Shown here in pieces: positions 7,996 through 17,122 of a DNA stretch of 55,137 bases. This stretch comes from an uncultured virus (IMG/VR IMGVR_UViG_3300020445_000001) (Duplodnaviria > Heunggongvirae > Uroviricota > Caudoviricetes), in the IMG/VR virus record IMGVR_UViG_3300020445_000001. One strand, given 5' to 3'. The first letter of the stretch is position 1. Each line of letters opens with the position of its first letter. The notes under the pieces are model-generated. The model was not told the DNA's origin, searched no databases, and saw nothing but the letters and a program-made list of their open reading frames with translations. The position numbers and the translations under genes are program-made.

Positions 7996-9698
7996 AATAA
8001 TTTACTAAAGTTTCTTTGTTTTTCAAACTTTATCACACTTCTAAACTTATCAAACATTGTATCTCCCTTATGACTTATGACAAATACATTTTGGTCAGCA
8101 AAAGTGTGCAATATTTTTAAGAAATCATCAGTACCAGTAGTATCTAAACTACTATCAAAGATTTCATCTAGTATTAGTAAATTAGTGTTGGTTGAGTTCT
8201 TCATTTTTGCAACAGCTCTCCAAGTAAAGAGAAGTGCAAGGTCAATCCTCATTTTTTCACCCTCACTAAAAGAAGAATAACTAAATTCATCTCTGTGTCT
8301 GGACTTAATAGTTTCATTAAAATTATTGTCCAGTTTAAAGTTAACATAAAAATCCATACTTGTCAAGTAGCCATTGATTAATTTATTCATAATCGGTAAA
8401 TACTTGTTTATTATCTTTGTTTTGATACCAGTATCCATTAATAGATTTCTTGCAACATCTACATAAAACTTATCTTCTCTTAGTTTAGTTATCTGTTCCT
8501 CTTGTAATTTACATCTTTCTGATAGTCTTGTAAGTTTAACTTTATCTTCTTCAGATACTTCACTCTTTTTCATAACATTAATTTGTTGTGCTGTTTGAGT
8601 AATTAATCTTTGCATATGTGTTATAGAAGTACATATCTTTGCAACTTCAACTTCTTTTTCTCTAATTTGTTTTGACAACACATCTATACCTTTAAGAAGT
8701 TGTTCTTTATCGTGTAGTTCTATTTTAAGTTTGTCTATACCACTATTAAGTTCTTGTATTCTTTTTGATTTTTCTTCTATCTTTTGTTTCTTTAAATCTA
8801 ATTCTATATCTTGAGTACAAAGTGGACAAGATTCGTTATTTTCAAAGAATTCTTTTTGTCTTTTGTTTTCATCTATTCTATTAGAAAGTTTAGCTTCCAT
8901 CTTATGATATTCACGAATACTACCTTTAACAATATCTTTTTGTAATGTTTCTGGTTGTAAACTTTTTATTTCTAAATTTATCTTATCTGCTTTCTCTTGT
9001 TCTGACAACACAACTCTGTCACTATCAAATATTAAATGTTCTTTTTCTTCTATAATTTTTTCTTTGTTTCTTTTTATATCTTCAATATATTTGTTTTGTA
9101 AATCAATCTTTTCTTTTGATAATCTAAATTCATATTCTATTGACTTTAGTTCTTCTGAAACTTCTTTTACTTTATGTTTTAATAAGAAATTCATTAATGA
9201 GAATATCTTAATGTCTAATATATCCTCTACTACTTCTCTTCTATCTTTACTTCTTAATTGCATAAAAGGAACAAATGTAGATGAGCCTAAGATTACAACT
9301 TGAGTAAATGAACGATAATTTAATTTAAGGATTTGTTGTTCTAATATCTTTTGTGTATCTAATGCATTTGCATCTTGATTCATCATACGACCATTACAAT
9401 ATATTTCAAATATATTTGGTTTCATACCACGAATAATTTTAAAGTTATTTTTTTGTATTACAAATTCTATCTCAACAATAGTTCCCCCTAAATTAATAGA
9501 GTTAATTAGTTGTGACTTACTTACAGTTCTAAATGGTTTATTGAATAGTACAAAACATAATGCATCAAGAACTGTTGATTTACCAGAACCATTTTCTCCG
9601 ACTATGAGTGTTGTAGGGCTTCTATCTAATTCAACTTCTAAAAAATAATTACCAGTAGATAATAAATTTTTCCATCTAACTTTCTTAAATATTATCAA
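7992..9698 (-). CDS. gp46: Recombination endonuclease subunit (Rad50/SbcC-like)
   Basis: GENGSGKST, CPLCTQ zinc hook, FSEGEKMRIDLAL, LILDEIFDSSLD, ISHK. Confidence 0.97.
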   Translation of the reverse strand: MIIFKKVRWKNLLSTGNYFLEVELDRSPTTLIVGENGSGKSTVLDALCFVLFNKPFRTVSKSQLINSINLGGTIVEIEFVIQKNNFKIIRGMKPNIFEIYCNGRMMNQDANALDTQKILEQQILKLNYRSFTQVVILGSSTFVPFMQLRSKDRREVVEDILDIKIFSLMNFLLKHKVKEVSEELKSIEYEFRLSKEKIDLQNKYIEDIKRNKEKIIEEKEHLIFDSDRVVLSEQEKADKINLEIKSLQPETLQKDIVKGSIREYHKMEAKLSNRIDENKRQKEFFENNESCPLCTQDIELDLKKQKIEEKSKRIQELNSGIDKLKIELHDKEQLLKGIDVLSKQIREKEVEVAKICTSITHMQRLITQTAQQINVMKKSEVSEEDKVKLTRLSERCKLQEEQITKLREDKFYVDVARNLLMDTGIKTKIINKYLPIMNKLINGYLTSMDFYVNFKLDNNFNETIKSRHRDEFSYSSFSEGEKMRIDLALLFTWRAVAKMKNSTNTNLLILDEIFDSSLDTTGTDDFLKILHTFADQNVFVISHKGDTMFDKFRSVIKFEKQRNFSKLL

Positions 9699-10489
9699 AT
9701 GAATTCCTCCAAACTTGCTGTTCCATACTTATCTGCAACTTTATTTACATTAGTAGAGTTATGTTTTACTTTACCACTATCTTGTTTGAACGGCATTACC
9801 TTTGTCAAAGTATATTTCTCGTCCTCTGGTTTTTTAACTTTCCATTCCAAGTCTTTATCTTTTGGATAGTCTAAATTCCAATTCATAGTAGATTTTTTAA
9901 GATACTTTCTATATGTTTTATTCATAGGATATATGTAACGAAACTGTTTACCAAAAACTCTAGTAATTTTCATTTCTTTTAGTTGTTCGGAATTAGGTCT
10001 GTGTCCATACTTCATTCCATCATCATTTGGTAATTGTCCTTGTAATGTTCTTGGATGTACCTTTTCCCCATCTAAAATATAAACATCTGTCCAAACAAAT
10101 CCACCATATAAAAAATTTGCAGATTGATAAACATATCCAGGCTTACCAACAATACCATCTGCCCAAGTATAAAGATATTTTATATTGGATAAATTTTCTC
10201 GTATATAACTTAATGTTTTTGATAACATTTGAGATTCAGAATTACGAGGCATATCTTCATCCATACACATTTTTCCTATTTCATAATAATCTTTTGTATC
10301 TAATTCTGGAAATATTTTTTGTATGGTATGTTTAGGTCTAGTTCCCCAACCTAAAGTTATTACCCCAACTAACTTTTCATTTTGATAACAACCTAACCAA
10401 TGTTTAGTTAGTCTAGGCATAACTGCACTATAATGTCTTTTTTGAACGAAAAGAGTTGCAACTTTCCAATCAATAGTCTTTATTATCAA
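9695..10489 (-). CDS. Mom-family (GNAT-fold) DNA modification protein
   Basis: RHYS...LVGVITLG...EIGKMC...RNSESQMLS...YTWADG..G..GYVYQSANFLYGG...RYIY pattern typical of phage Mu Mom homologues. Confidence 0.7.
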   Translation of the reverse strand: MIIKTIDWKVATLFVQKRHYSAVMPRLTKHWLGCYQNEKLVGVITLGWGTRPKHTIQKIFPELDTKDYYEIGKMCMDEDMPRNSESQMLSKTLSYIRENLSNIKYLYTWADGIVGKPGYVYQSANFLYGGFVWTDVYILDGEKVHPRTLQGQLPNDDGMKYGHRPNSEQLKEMKITRVFGKQFRYIYPMNKTYRKYLKKSTMNWNLDYPKDKDLEWKVKKPEDEKYTLTKVMPFKQDSGKVKHNSTNVNKVADKYGTASLEEFI

Positions 10490-10709
10490 TCTTTAAATCA
10501 CTTTCTGTTTCAATAACAACTCTTGCACCACAAGGTAGAATTGGTTTATCATTACCACCATAAAATAATTTAGATGGGCCTAGTATTTCAACACTATGAC
10601 AATAAGTATTTTTACGACCTTCTTTGATAGTAATTACTGCTTCATTTGTTCCGTGTTTTTTATTTGCACGAATCTTGTGTTGATTTATGTGTATGTATTT
10701 TTTAGTCAT
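10470..10709 (-). CDS. Conserved phage hypothetical protein
   Basis: IHINQHKIRANKK...VITIK...PILPCGARVVIETE; overlaps both neighbours. Confidence 0.7.
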   Translation of the reverse strand: MTKKYIHINQHKIRANKKHGTNEAVITIKEGRKNTYCHSVEILGPSKLFYGGNDKPILPCGARVVIETESDLKIDNKDY

Positions 10710-11223
10710 ATATGTAATCCATTGCGATTATTATTCTGTCTTCTTCTTCTAAGACATCTTTAGGTAAATCTGGAGCCCTATGTGGAATACTTGCATCAAA
10801 AACTACAAGTGAATTTTGTACTCCCTCTTTCATATCTCCAATACCTATATAAGTTCCATACTTGGGATATTTATTTTGTGCATAATATATGATACTTAAA
10901 TCTGGACTTTCGTTAGTGTCTGCTTTCTGGTGTGTGTGATACATATTAATCGTTTCTTTAGATTGTTTCATACCCCAACACATTGTAAATGCACCAAAAC
11001 CTATCTTGTTTAATATAAACATATCATATATTGATTTAAATAAATTATTCCAATGTTTATGTATTTTAACATATTTTCTGTGTATGTCAACCTTTGTTTG
11101 ATATAAAGGTTTAAGTTTATTTGGAGTAGGGTTATGTTTTAACTCATACTGTATATCTTTTACTATAAGTAATCTATCTTCTTCTGATAGTATGTTATTC
11201 TTTGTTATTATCATTTTAGTCAT
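10702..11223 (-). CDS. 2OG-Fe(II) oxygenase-like protein
   Basis: YHTH...LSIIYY...NSLVVFDASIPHRAP...RIIIA. Confidence 0.65.
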   Translation of the reverse strand: MTKMIITKNNILSEEDRLLIVKDIQYELKHNPTPNKLKPLYQTKVDIHRKYVKIHKHWNNLFKSIYDMFILNKIGFGAFTMCWGMKQSKETINMYHTHQKADTNESPDLSIIYYAQNKYPKYGTYIGIGDMKEGVQNSLVVFDASIPHRAPDLPKDVLEEEDRIIIAMDYIYD

Positions 11224-11845
11224 TTACTATTAAATTTGAAACAATAGTTATTCTCATTTCGTCATTATATGATTTATCTACTTGATGTTCTAAGTAAGAT
11301 GGTATAATTATCATATCATCTTCTGTTGTCAAAACAAAATGTTTTTCAGAAAATATTGAAAAGTCTACTTCATTTATTCTAGGTTTAAATTTAGGTTTAA
11401 TATGATGCAAACTTTTAGCAAACATACTAGGATTTCTAAATGTGGTTGGTTTATGAACATCTTTATTAAACTTTATATAATGAATACAAGAATAGTCTGC
11501 AACTGGTAAATGATTATGTGGAGCCATATATTGAGAACCTTTAGTTGCAACAATATTATCTAAACTATATTCAAACCTTTTAAATTTTAGTTGTTTAGTA
11601 AATTCAGTAAATGTATTATTGTAAACATCTGTTAGTTTATCTAAAACTGGTTTATCGTAATCATCATTGTCAAAATCAGCATATGAATGATGTAAGTCAC
11701 TATTACTATCAAACTTATTTCTATAACTATTTTTTTGGTAATTCTTTTCTACAATATCAATTATACTTTGTTTATTATATAAGTTTGGGTCAATATGAAA
11801 TTTGTAAATCATTGTTGGGAACAATGGTATGCTGTCAATCCTCAT
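11216..11845 (-). CDS. 2OG-Fe(II) oxygenase (TIGR02466-like)
   Basis: LFPT.IY...APHNH...YSCIHYI...DMIIIPSYLEHQV...RITIVSN. Confidence 0.75.
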   Translation of the reverse strand: MRIDSIPLFPTMIYKFHIDPNLYNKQSIIDIVEKNYQKNSYRNKFDSNSDLHHSYADFDNDDYDKPVLDKLTDVYNNTFTEFTKQLKFKRFEYSLDNIVATKGSQYMAPHNHLPVADYSCIHYIKFNKDVHKPTTFRNPSMFAKSLHHIKPKFKPRINEVDFSIFSEKHFVLTTEDDMIIIPSYLEHQVDKSYNDEMRITIVSNLIVND

Positions 11846-12332
11846 CTTTACAAATACCCATAATCAAAGATAAAAACATTTTGCCTGGTGGTGCAATAAT
11901 TCTAATACCAGAATTGGGTGGCATTACAATAAAACTTCCCTCTTTGAGTGGTAGTTTAAAAATGCCTTTCTCACCAGTTTGAATGTCTAAGTCTATACAA
12001 TCTGGAGAACAACAAGGTACATATAACATACGATAATGTGATGGAACATCTGTAGCCTTGTTTAAATCTGCTTGTACAACATAATATTTACCAAATCCAA
12101 CATCTTCTAATAATTTCATTAGTTTATCAAATAGTGGTTGCATCCAATCGTGTTCAGTTACATCTGCAAATCTTTTGTCTTCTGTAAAAACATCTTTTGC
12201 AACATCAAGAAAATTCTCGTGAAAAGATAATGCTTGATTATGCAAAAGAGTTTTATCATTTTTATTACGATTTTCACCTAACCAAATAGAACCCTTTGGG
12301 TGTATATCTTTTATTTCATTAAATTTAATCAT
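11835..12332 (-). CDS. Hypothetical protein, possibly a degenerate double-stranded beta-helix (oxygenase-like) fold
   Basis: LPLKEGSFIVMPP resembles the oxygenase C-terminal strand, but no His ligands are present. Confidence 0.5.
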   Translation of the reverse strand: MIKFNEIKDIHPKGSIWLGENRNKNDKTLLHNQALSFHENFLDVAKDVFTEDKRFADVTEHDWMQPLFDKLMKLLEDVGFGKYYVVQADLNKATDVPSHYRMLYVPCCSPDCIDLDIQTGEKGIFKLPLKEGSFIVMPPNSGIRIIAPPGKMFLSLIMGICKDED

Positions 12333-13296
12333 TAAGTGGTATGAGTCCTTTACCTATCAAATATCCGTCATCACCTATTGCTTTATCAGATGTAAATTCT
12401 TTTATATATTCTCTAATGCCTGGAATTACAGTTGCGTGTGCATCTTTTACATAAAACCATAATGACCTAGAAATAGGATATGTACCATTACTAATTAATT
12501 CAAATTCTGGACTAATACCATTAATTGTTGCAGGCTTTACTTTATCTCTATTTTCTTGTAGAAAAGAATAACCAAATATACCTAATGAATCTGGATTTGT
12601 TATTAATTTTTCAATTATTAGATTGTCGTTCTCACCAGCTTCTATATATACACCATCTGTTCTTATTGCACGACATTCAGATTTATATAAATCTTTATTT
12701 TTTTGTTTAAGTTTTTTTCTCTCTGGATAAGTTTTACAACCTCTTTCAATACCAAGTTCATTAAGTGCATCTCTAGTACCAGATGTTGGAGGTGGGCCGT
12801 AAACGGCAATAGGTAAGTCTGGATATGTTGGATTTATTTCTATCCATTTTTTGTATGGATTAGGTTTGACAGTTTTACCATCAATGTCTGCTGGTACATC
12901 TTTTGCAAGTGCAAGATATAAATCCCTTATTGTTAAATGAAAGTTAGCACCTTTTTTTGAGTTTGCAATCGCAAGACCATCATATCCTATTTTAACTTCT
13001 GTAATATCTTTTATACCATTTTTTTTACAATTATCTATTTCGGTTTGTTTTATTCTTCTTGATGTATTTGTTATGTCTGGGTGTTGTGTTCCCATACCAG
13101 CACAAAAGAGTTTTAATCCACCACCAGAACCAGTTGACTCAACTACTGGTGTTTTAAATTTACTAGTCTTACCAAATCGTTCTGCAACAGTTGTTGCAAA
13201 TGGATATACAGTAGAACTACCTACTATTTTAATTTGGTCTCGTGCAAACAAAGTTGTTGCAAATAATAATGTAAATACAAATAAGAAGTTTCTCAT
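12325..13296 (-). CDS. pstS: Phosphate ABC transporter substrate-binding protein (auxiliary metabolic gene)
   Basis: Signal peptide, RDQIKIVGSSTVYPF...ESTGSGGG...GPPPTSGTRD...YPISRSLWFY; start reassigned to ATG 13296, just after the prx stop. Confidence 0.93.
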   Translation of the reverse strand: MRNFLFVFTLLFATTLFARDQIKIVGSSTVYPFATTVAERFGKTSKFKTPVVESTGSGGGLKLFCAGMGTQHPDITNTSRRIKQTEIDNCKKNGIKDITEVKIGYDGLAIANSKKGANFHLTIRDLYLALAKDVPADIDGKTVKPNPYKKWIEINPTYPDLPIAVYGPPPTSGTRDALNELGIERGCKTYPERKKLKQKNKDLYKSECRAIRTDGVYIEAGENDNLIIEKLITNPDSLGIFGYSFLQENRDKVKPATINGISPEFELISNGTYPISRSLWFYVKDAHATVIPGIREYIKEFTSDKAIGDDGYLIGKGLIPLND

Positions 13297-13297
13297 T

Positions 13298-13834
13298 TTA
13301 CTTTCCTTTATTACTTTTAATATACTGAAGTATATTTTGTGGTGAGGTTTCACCATATGGGTCATCATCTGCATTATCTTTTTTGTTTGGTTCAACAAAA
13401 AGATGTTCAATGTTTTTATCATTTATTATAGCCGCATATCTCCACGACCTATCACCAAAACCTAAATTTTCTTTCTTAACTAACATACCCATTCCAGAAG
13501 TAAAATCTCCATTACCATCTGGTATAATTTTAACATTTTCTAAACTATGTTGTTCTGCCCATTTATTCATTACAAATGCATCATTACAAGACATACAATA
13601 AATGTCATCTATTCCTTCTTCTTTAAACTGTGAATACATAGCTTCAAAGTCTGGTAATTGATATGTTGAACAAGTTGGTGTAAATGCACCAGGCAAAGAA
13701 AATAAAATAACTTTCTTACCACTAAAATAATCATCAGTAGATTTATCTTCCCACTTATATGGGTTTGGACAATCCGTGCAATCATTATCTTTTACTCTTG
13801 TTTTAAAAACAACATTTGGAACTATATCAACCAT
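13298..13834 (-). CDS. Peroxiredoxin (Prx5/PrxII type)
   Basis: LFSLPGAFTPTCS...NDAFVM..W...PDGNGDFT...GFGDRSWRYA. Confidence 0.93.
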   Translation of the reverse strand: MVDIVPNVVFKTRVKDNDCTDCPNPYKWEDKSTDDYFSGKKVILFSLPGAFTPTCSTYQLPDFEAMYSQFKEEGIDDIYCMSCNDAFVMNKWAEQHSLENVKIIPDGNGDFTSGMGMLVKKENLGFGDRSWRYAAIINDKNIEHLFVEPNKKDNADDDPYGETSPQNILQYIKSNKGK

Positions 13835-13842
13835 TTTTTCTC

Positions 13843-14910
13843 CTATATTTCCATATTACTAGCCTCAACATACAATCCTTTTAACATTGTTTTGAGTCTA
13901 TTTTTATCTAAGTTATTCACATCTATTTCTTCAACATAAGAATCCAATAAGGTTATTGTATCTTGTGCGTTTTCTATAATTTCATTTTTTACATTCTCAG
14001 CTTTCAAGTCTGAAAAGTCCTCTATAATTTTAACATCGTGTGCTTTTGATTCTGTTAAAACTTGGTCTACAAACTTATCAAACATATATAAGTCTTTTTT
14101 ATTTACAACTATTAGTTTGACATATTTGTCCTCTAAATCTTTTATTTGATTGAAATTATACTCTTGACTATTAGAATCATCATAATAAACTTTTTTAAAT
14201 ATTGTATATGGGTTTATAATTCTTTCTAATTCTCTTGTTTCTGTATCAAATATATGAAATCCTTTTGGACATTTATCATCATTCCAATATATTTGATAAG
14301 GTGTTCCTAAATAAAATATGTGTCCGTCATCTGACTTTTTATGAAAGTGTCCAGACATTACCATATCAAATCTATTAAACTCTGATTTATCCATACCAGT
14401 TTCACTTGGAAAACCGTGATGCATTTCAAATCCTTTTATTTCAAGGTGACCCATTGCAACCGTAGCTTTTGTCTTTTGCATCTTCTCAAGTGTACTGTTG
14501 TAATTTGTTGAATTTATCCAAGGCAGAAAACATATAGGTATATCAAACTCAACAGTTTCAGCTTCTCTGTATATCTTTATGTTCTCATAACGATTACCAA
14601 TTAACTCATCAAGTGAATTTACTTCATTAGTATTCTTAAAGTATGTATCGTGATTGCCCACTATCATATGCACATTTATGTCATTTGTCACAAAACTTTC
14701 ACAAAACTTTTCTCTGAAGTCTCTTGCAGTTTTGTATGACACAAACTTTCTTCTATCCATAACATCACCTAGATGAATACAAGTGTCTATATTATGTTGT
14801 TTAAGATAAGGAAAGAATATATCCTCATAGAATTTATAAAAATATGTGTTGAAATGGTCGTGGTCATTCCGAGCACCGAAATGGGTGTCGGTTACTAAAG
14901 CTATCTTCAT
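13843..14910 (-). CDS. gp47: Recombination endonuclease subunit (Mre11/SbcD-like)
   Basis: DTHFG, HLGDVMD, GNHD, GHLE, SGHFH phosphoesterase motifs. Confidence 0.96.
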   Translation of the reverse strand: MKIALVTDTHFGARNDHDHFNTYFYKFYEDIFFPYLKQHNIDTCIHLGDVMDRRKFVSYKTARDFREKFCESFVTNDINVHMIVGNHDTYFKNTNEVNSLDELIGNRYENIKIYREAETVEFDIPICFLPWINSTNYNSTLEKMQKTKATVAMGHLEIKGFEMHHGFPSETGMDKSEFNRFDMVMSGHFHKKSDDGHIFYLGTPYQIYWNDDKCPKGFHIFDTETRELERIINPYTIFKKVYYDDSNSQEYNFNQIKDLEDKYVKLIVVNKKDLYMFDKFVDQVLTESKAHDVKIIEDFSDLKAENVKNEIIENAQDTITLLDSYVEEIDVNNLDKNRLKTMLKGLYVEASNMEI

Positions 14911-14913
14911 AAT

Positions 14914-15345
14914 CTAATCTATTATGCCTTGTGATTTTAAATATTGTCTATTTTGTAAGTGATGTTCTTGAATCTGTTGTTTGGATTGTCCATTATATTC
15001 AACACCTATATTGTGTTTTATCATATACTCAACGATACCCATTTCTCTATCTTCTTGTCCATCATATATTTTAAAGTCACCTAAGACCCTACCAAACTTA
15101 CCAGACTTATCTTTCTTTGTCATTAAGACTTGACTTGAACCCACTGGCATAAATCCTTCCACACACTTTTTTGCGTACAGACCAGCTTTCTTTTCTTCCA
15201 AGTCTCTTGTTCTTGATTCTGGTGTGTCAATTCCATAGAGGCGTATTCGTTCATTATGAATCCAAGTACCGAAACCCAAATCAATATTGACATCAATAGT
15301 GTCGCCGTCCACAATCTTGACAATTTCACATTTATATTCATACAT
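14914..15345 (-). CDS. Thermonuclease (SNase-like) family protein
   Basis: IVDGDTIDV.IDLGF...RIRLYGIDTPESRT...GKFGRVLG; start at ATG 15345 (TAATG overlap). Confidence 0.9.
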   Translation of the reverse strand: MYEYKCEIVKIVDGDTIDVNIDLGFGTWIHNERIRLYGIDTPESRTRDLEEKKAGLYAKKCVEGFMPVGSSQVLMTKKDKSGKFGRVLGDFKIYDGQEDREMGIVEYMIKHNIGVEYNGQSKQQIQEHHLQNRQYLKSQGIID

Positions 15346-15530
15346 TATTTCTTTCCATTTATATGTTTCCAAAGTTGTTCAACAAGGTCATCTTTTAGAT
15401 ATCTTCTATCTAATTCAATACCGTGTTTACGACCCAAAGTTTCCAATTCTCTTTTAGTCATTGTTAAAAGTCTTGACTTTTTAATTGGTTTTGGTTTTGG
15501 TTTAAATAAATTTGTTATAAAATTAATCAT
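15345..15530 (-). CDS. Hypothetical protein
   Basis: AGGAG SD; MTKRELETLGRKHGIELDRR motif. Confidence 0.65.
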   Translation of the reverse strand: MINFITNLFKPKPKPIKKSRLLTMTKRELETLGRKHGIELDRRYLKDDLVEQLWKHINGKK

Positions 15531-15549
15531 TTTATCTCCTTTAACTTTC

Positions 15550-15768
15550 TTATTTATTTAAGAACTTTACTAAATCATCATATCCACCTATCCATTTGTC
15601 ATCTAACCAAATCTGTGGAACTGTTCTGAACCCTTGTTTTACTATATAATCTTTTGCATCTTCATCTTGGTCAACATATATTTTTTCAAAGGGTAAATCT
15701 TTTGTTTTCAATAAGTTTTCAGCCTTATCGCAATATAGACATATTGTTGTGCCATAAACTTTATACAT
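15550..15768 (-). CDS. Glutaredoxin
   Basis: CLYC active site, TVPQI, IGGYDDL. Confidence 0.93.
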   Translation of the reverse strand: MYKVYGTTICLYCDKAENLLKTKDLPFEKIYVDQDEDAKDYIVKQGFRTVPQIWLDDKWIGGYDDLVKFLNK

Positions 15769-16313
15769 TATTTTTCCTCATAAAAGTTTTCTAAACTCTT
15801 TTTAGTTTCTTTTTTCTTTGAACTACTTGTTTTATAAACCTCTTGACCATCAGCTGGTAACATATTCTTTTGTAAATAATCCATATACTGATTACCATAA
15901 TTTGTATCATCAAGTGGATTTTGGTCAAAAGTAGCCATCATACTTTTTTCTATTATTTTATGTTTAGTATGTGTTTGTTTTTTTTCTTTTTGTATTCTAC
16001 GAATAAATGCATAATATATTATTTGTGTAAAATATGAAAAAGGATTCTTTGACTTTTCTGGGTCAAAGTTATTTACATACTGTAAACAGTTTTCAATACC
16101 ATCACCTATCATTTCTTCTTTATATGAATAATTGATAAAGTTAGGTCTGAATGATAAATGTTGTGCAATCTTTAAAAAACACTCACCAATATAATCTGTT
16201 ACTGGTGGTCTTTCTTCCCCTAAAGATTCTGCATCTTTTACCGTTTCTTTCCACTCTGTGATTGCTTCTAAGAATTGTTTGTTATTAACATAATGTTGTT
16301 TTTTTGCAGCCAA
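15768..16313 (-). CDS. gp55: Late transcription sigma factor (TTG start)
   Basis: HYVNNKQFL...YIGECFLKIA..LS.RPNF.NY...MIGDGIENC...NFDPEKSKNPFSYFTQIIYYAFIRRIQKEKKQ. Confidence 0.96.
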   Translation of the reverse strand: MAAKKQHYVNNKQFLEAITEWKETVKDAESLGEERPPVTDYIGECFLKIAQHLSFRPNFINYSYKEEMIGDGIENCLQYVNNFDPEKSKNPFSYFTQIIYYAFIRRIQKEKKQTHTKHKIIEKSMMATFDQNPLDDTNYGNQYMDYLQKNMLPADGQEVYKTSSSKKKETKKSLENFYEEK

Positions 16314-16334
16314 TATTATTTCCTTGTATTCATT

Positions 16335-16362
16335 ACTTTACCATATTTTATTTTATTGTCAA
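16335..16362 (-). promoter_or_regulatory. Sigma70-type promoter for the gp55 operon
   Basis: TTGACA-N16-TAAAGT with an extended -10 TG. Confidence 0.6.
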
Positions 16363-16386
16363 CCACATAAAAAAATAAATTACCTA

Positions 16387-16414
16387 TTGACAAAATATTT
16401 TTCGGTGTTATACT
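16387..16414 (+). promoter_or_regulatory. Divergent sigma70-type promoter pointing antisense into 16435-16878
   Basis: TTGACA-N16-TATACT with TG extension; no credible plus-strand ORF downstream. Confidence 0.55.
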
Positions 16415-16434
16415 TATTCTTGTATTGATTGAAA

Positions 16435-16878
16435 TTAGTGTTTTGTATCATCATAATCATAAGGTACATTTTGATATTCATCAATTAATTCTTCTAATTC
16501 TGTTTCTTCTAAATTAGTTATTTGTTTTTTTACTTCAATACTATCATCATCAACTTTTAATTCATCACCGTTTTTATTTTTATACCGTTCAGCTTCATTA
16601 TATCTTTTTAAGATATATTCGTAATATTTACATAATCCAATGTTTACTTCATAATGCAACACAACTTGATTTTTATCTATTGCAAATATTTTATCTTTAG
16701 TAAAGGTAGCCCATTTACGAAGTGCAAGGTTCTCTTCGTATTTACCATCTTTTCCCATAGTATTTACTGTACACATTTTCATAGGATATGTTATTTTAAA
16801 ATATCCATTTAGTGTATCGTGTAACTTACAAATAATCTCATCACCATTTGATAATTTCATTATTCTGTAATTACTCAT
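16435..16878 (-). CDS. Conserved T4-like hypothetical protein between uvsW and gp55
   Basis: IMKLSNGDEIIC...YPM...W N-terminal pattern; acidic tail. Confidence 0.7.
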   Translation of the reverse strand: MSNYRIMKLSNGDEIICKLHDTLNGYFKITYPMKMCTVNTMGKDGKYEENLALRKWATFTKDKIFAIDKNQVVLHYEVNIGLCKYYEYILKRYNEAERYKNKNGDELKVDDDSIEVKKQITNLEETELEELIDEYQNVPYDYDDTKH

Positions 16879-17122
16879 TCCATAACCTTAATTTTTTGTT
16901 TTGAGGTTTCCATTCAACTGGGGGTTCATCTAGTTTAGCTCTATTCAGATTAATATTTCCCCAAAAATGTTCAAATACCTCTTCTTTTGTTTCTTCTATA
17001 TTAAACTCAAACTCTTTATACATATTATCAATTCTTTTTTTTATTTTTTCTTTATTATATTCTAGTTTTCTACTATAATCATACATTTCTTTCCACTTAA
17101 TATAATCATCTTCACTTATCAT
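16871..17122 (-). CDS. Hypothetical protein
   Basis: Overlaps both neighbours in the operon. Confidence 0.6.
   Translation of the reverse strand: MISEDDYIKWKEMYDYSRKLEYNKEKIKKRIDNMYKEFEFNIEETKEEVFEHFWGNINLNRAKLDEPPVEWKPQNKKLRLWNE

Noticed and set aside
13297..13422. Extended N-terminus of PstS and a possible pho box
   Set aside because: The extension overlaps prx, the signal peptide starts at 13296, and no convincing CTGTCAT tandem repeat was seen.
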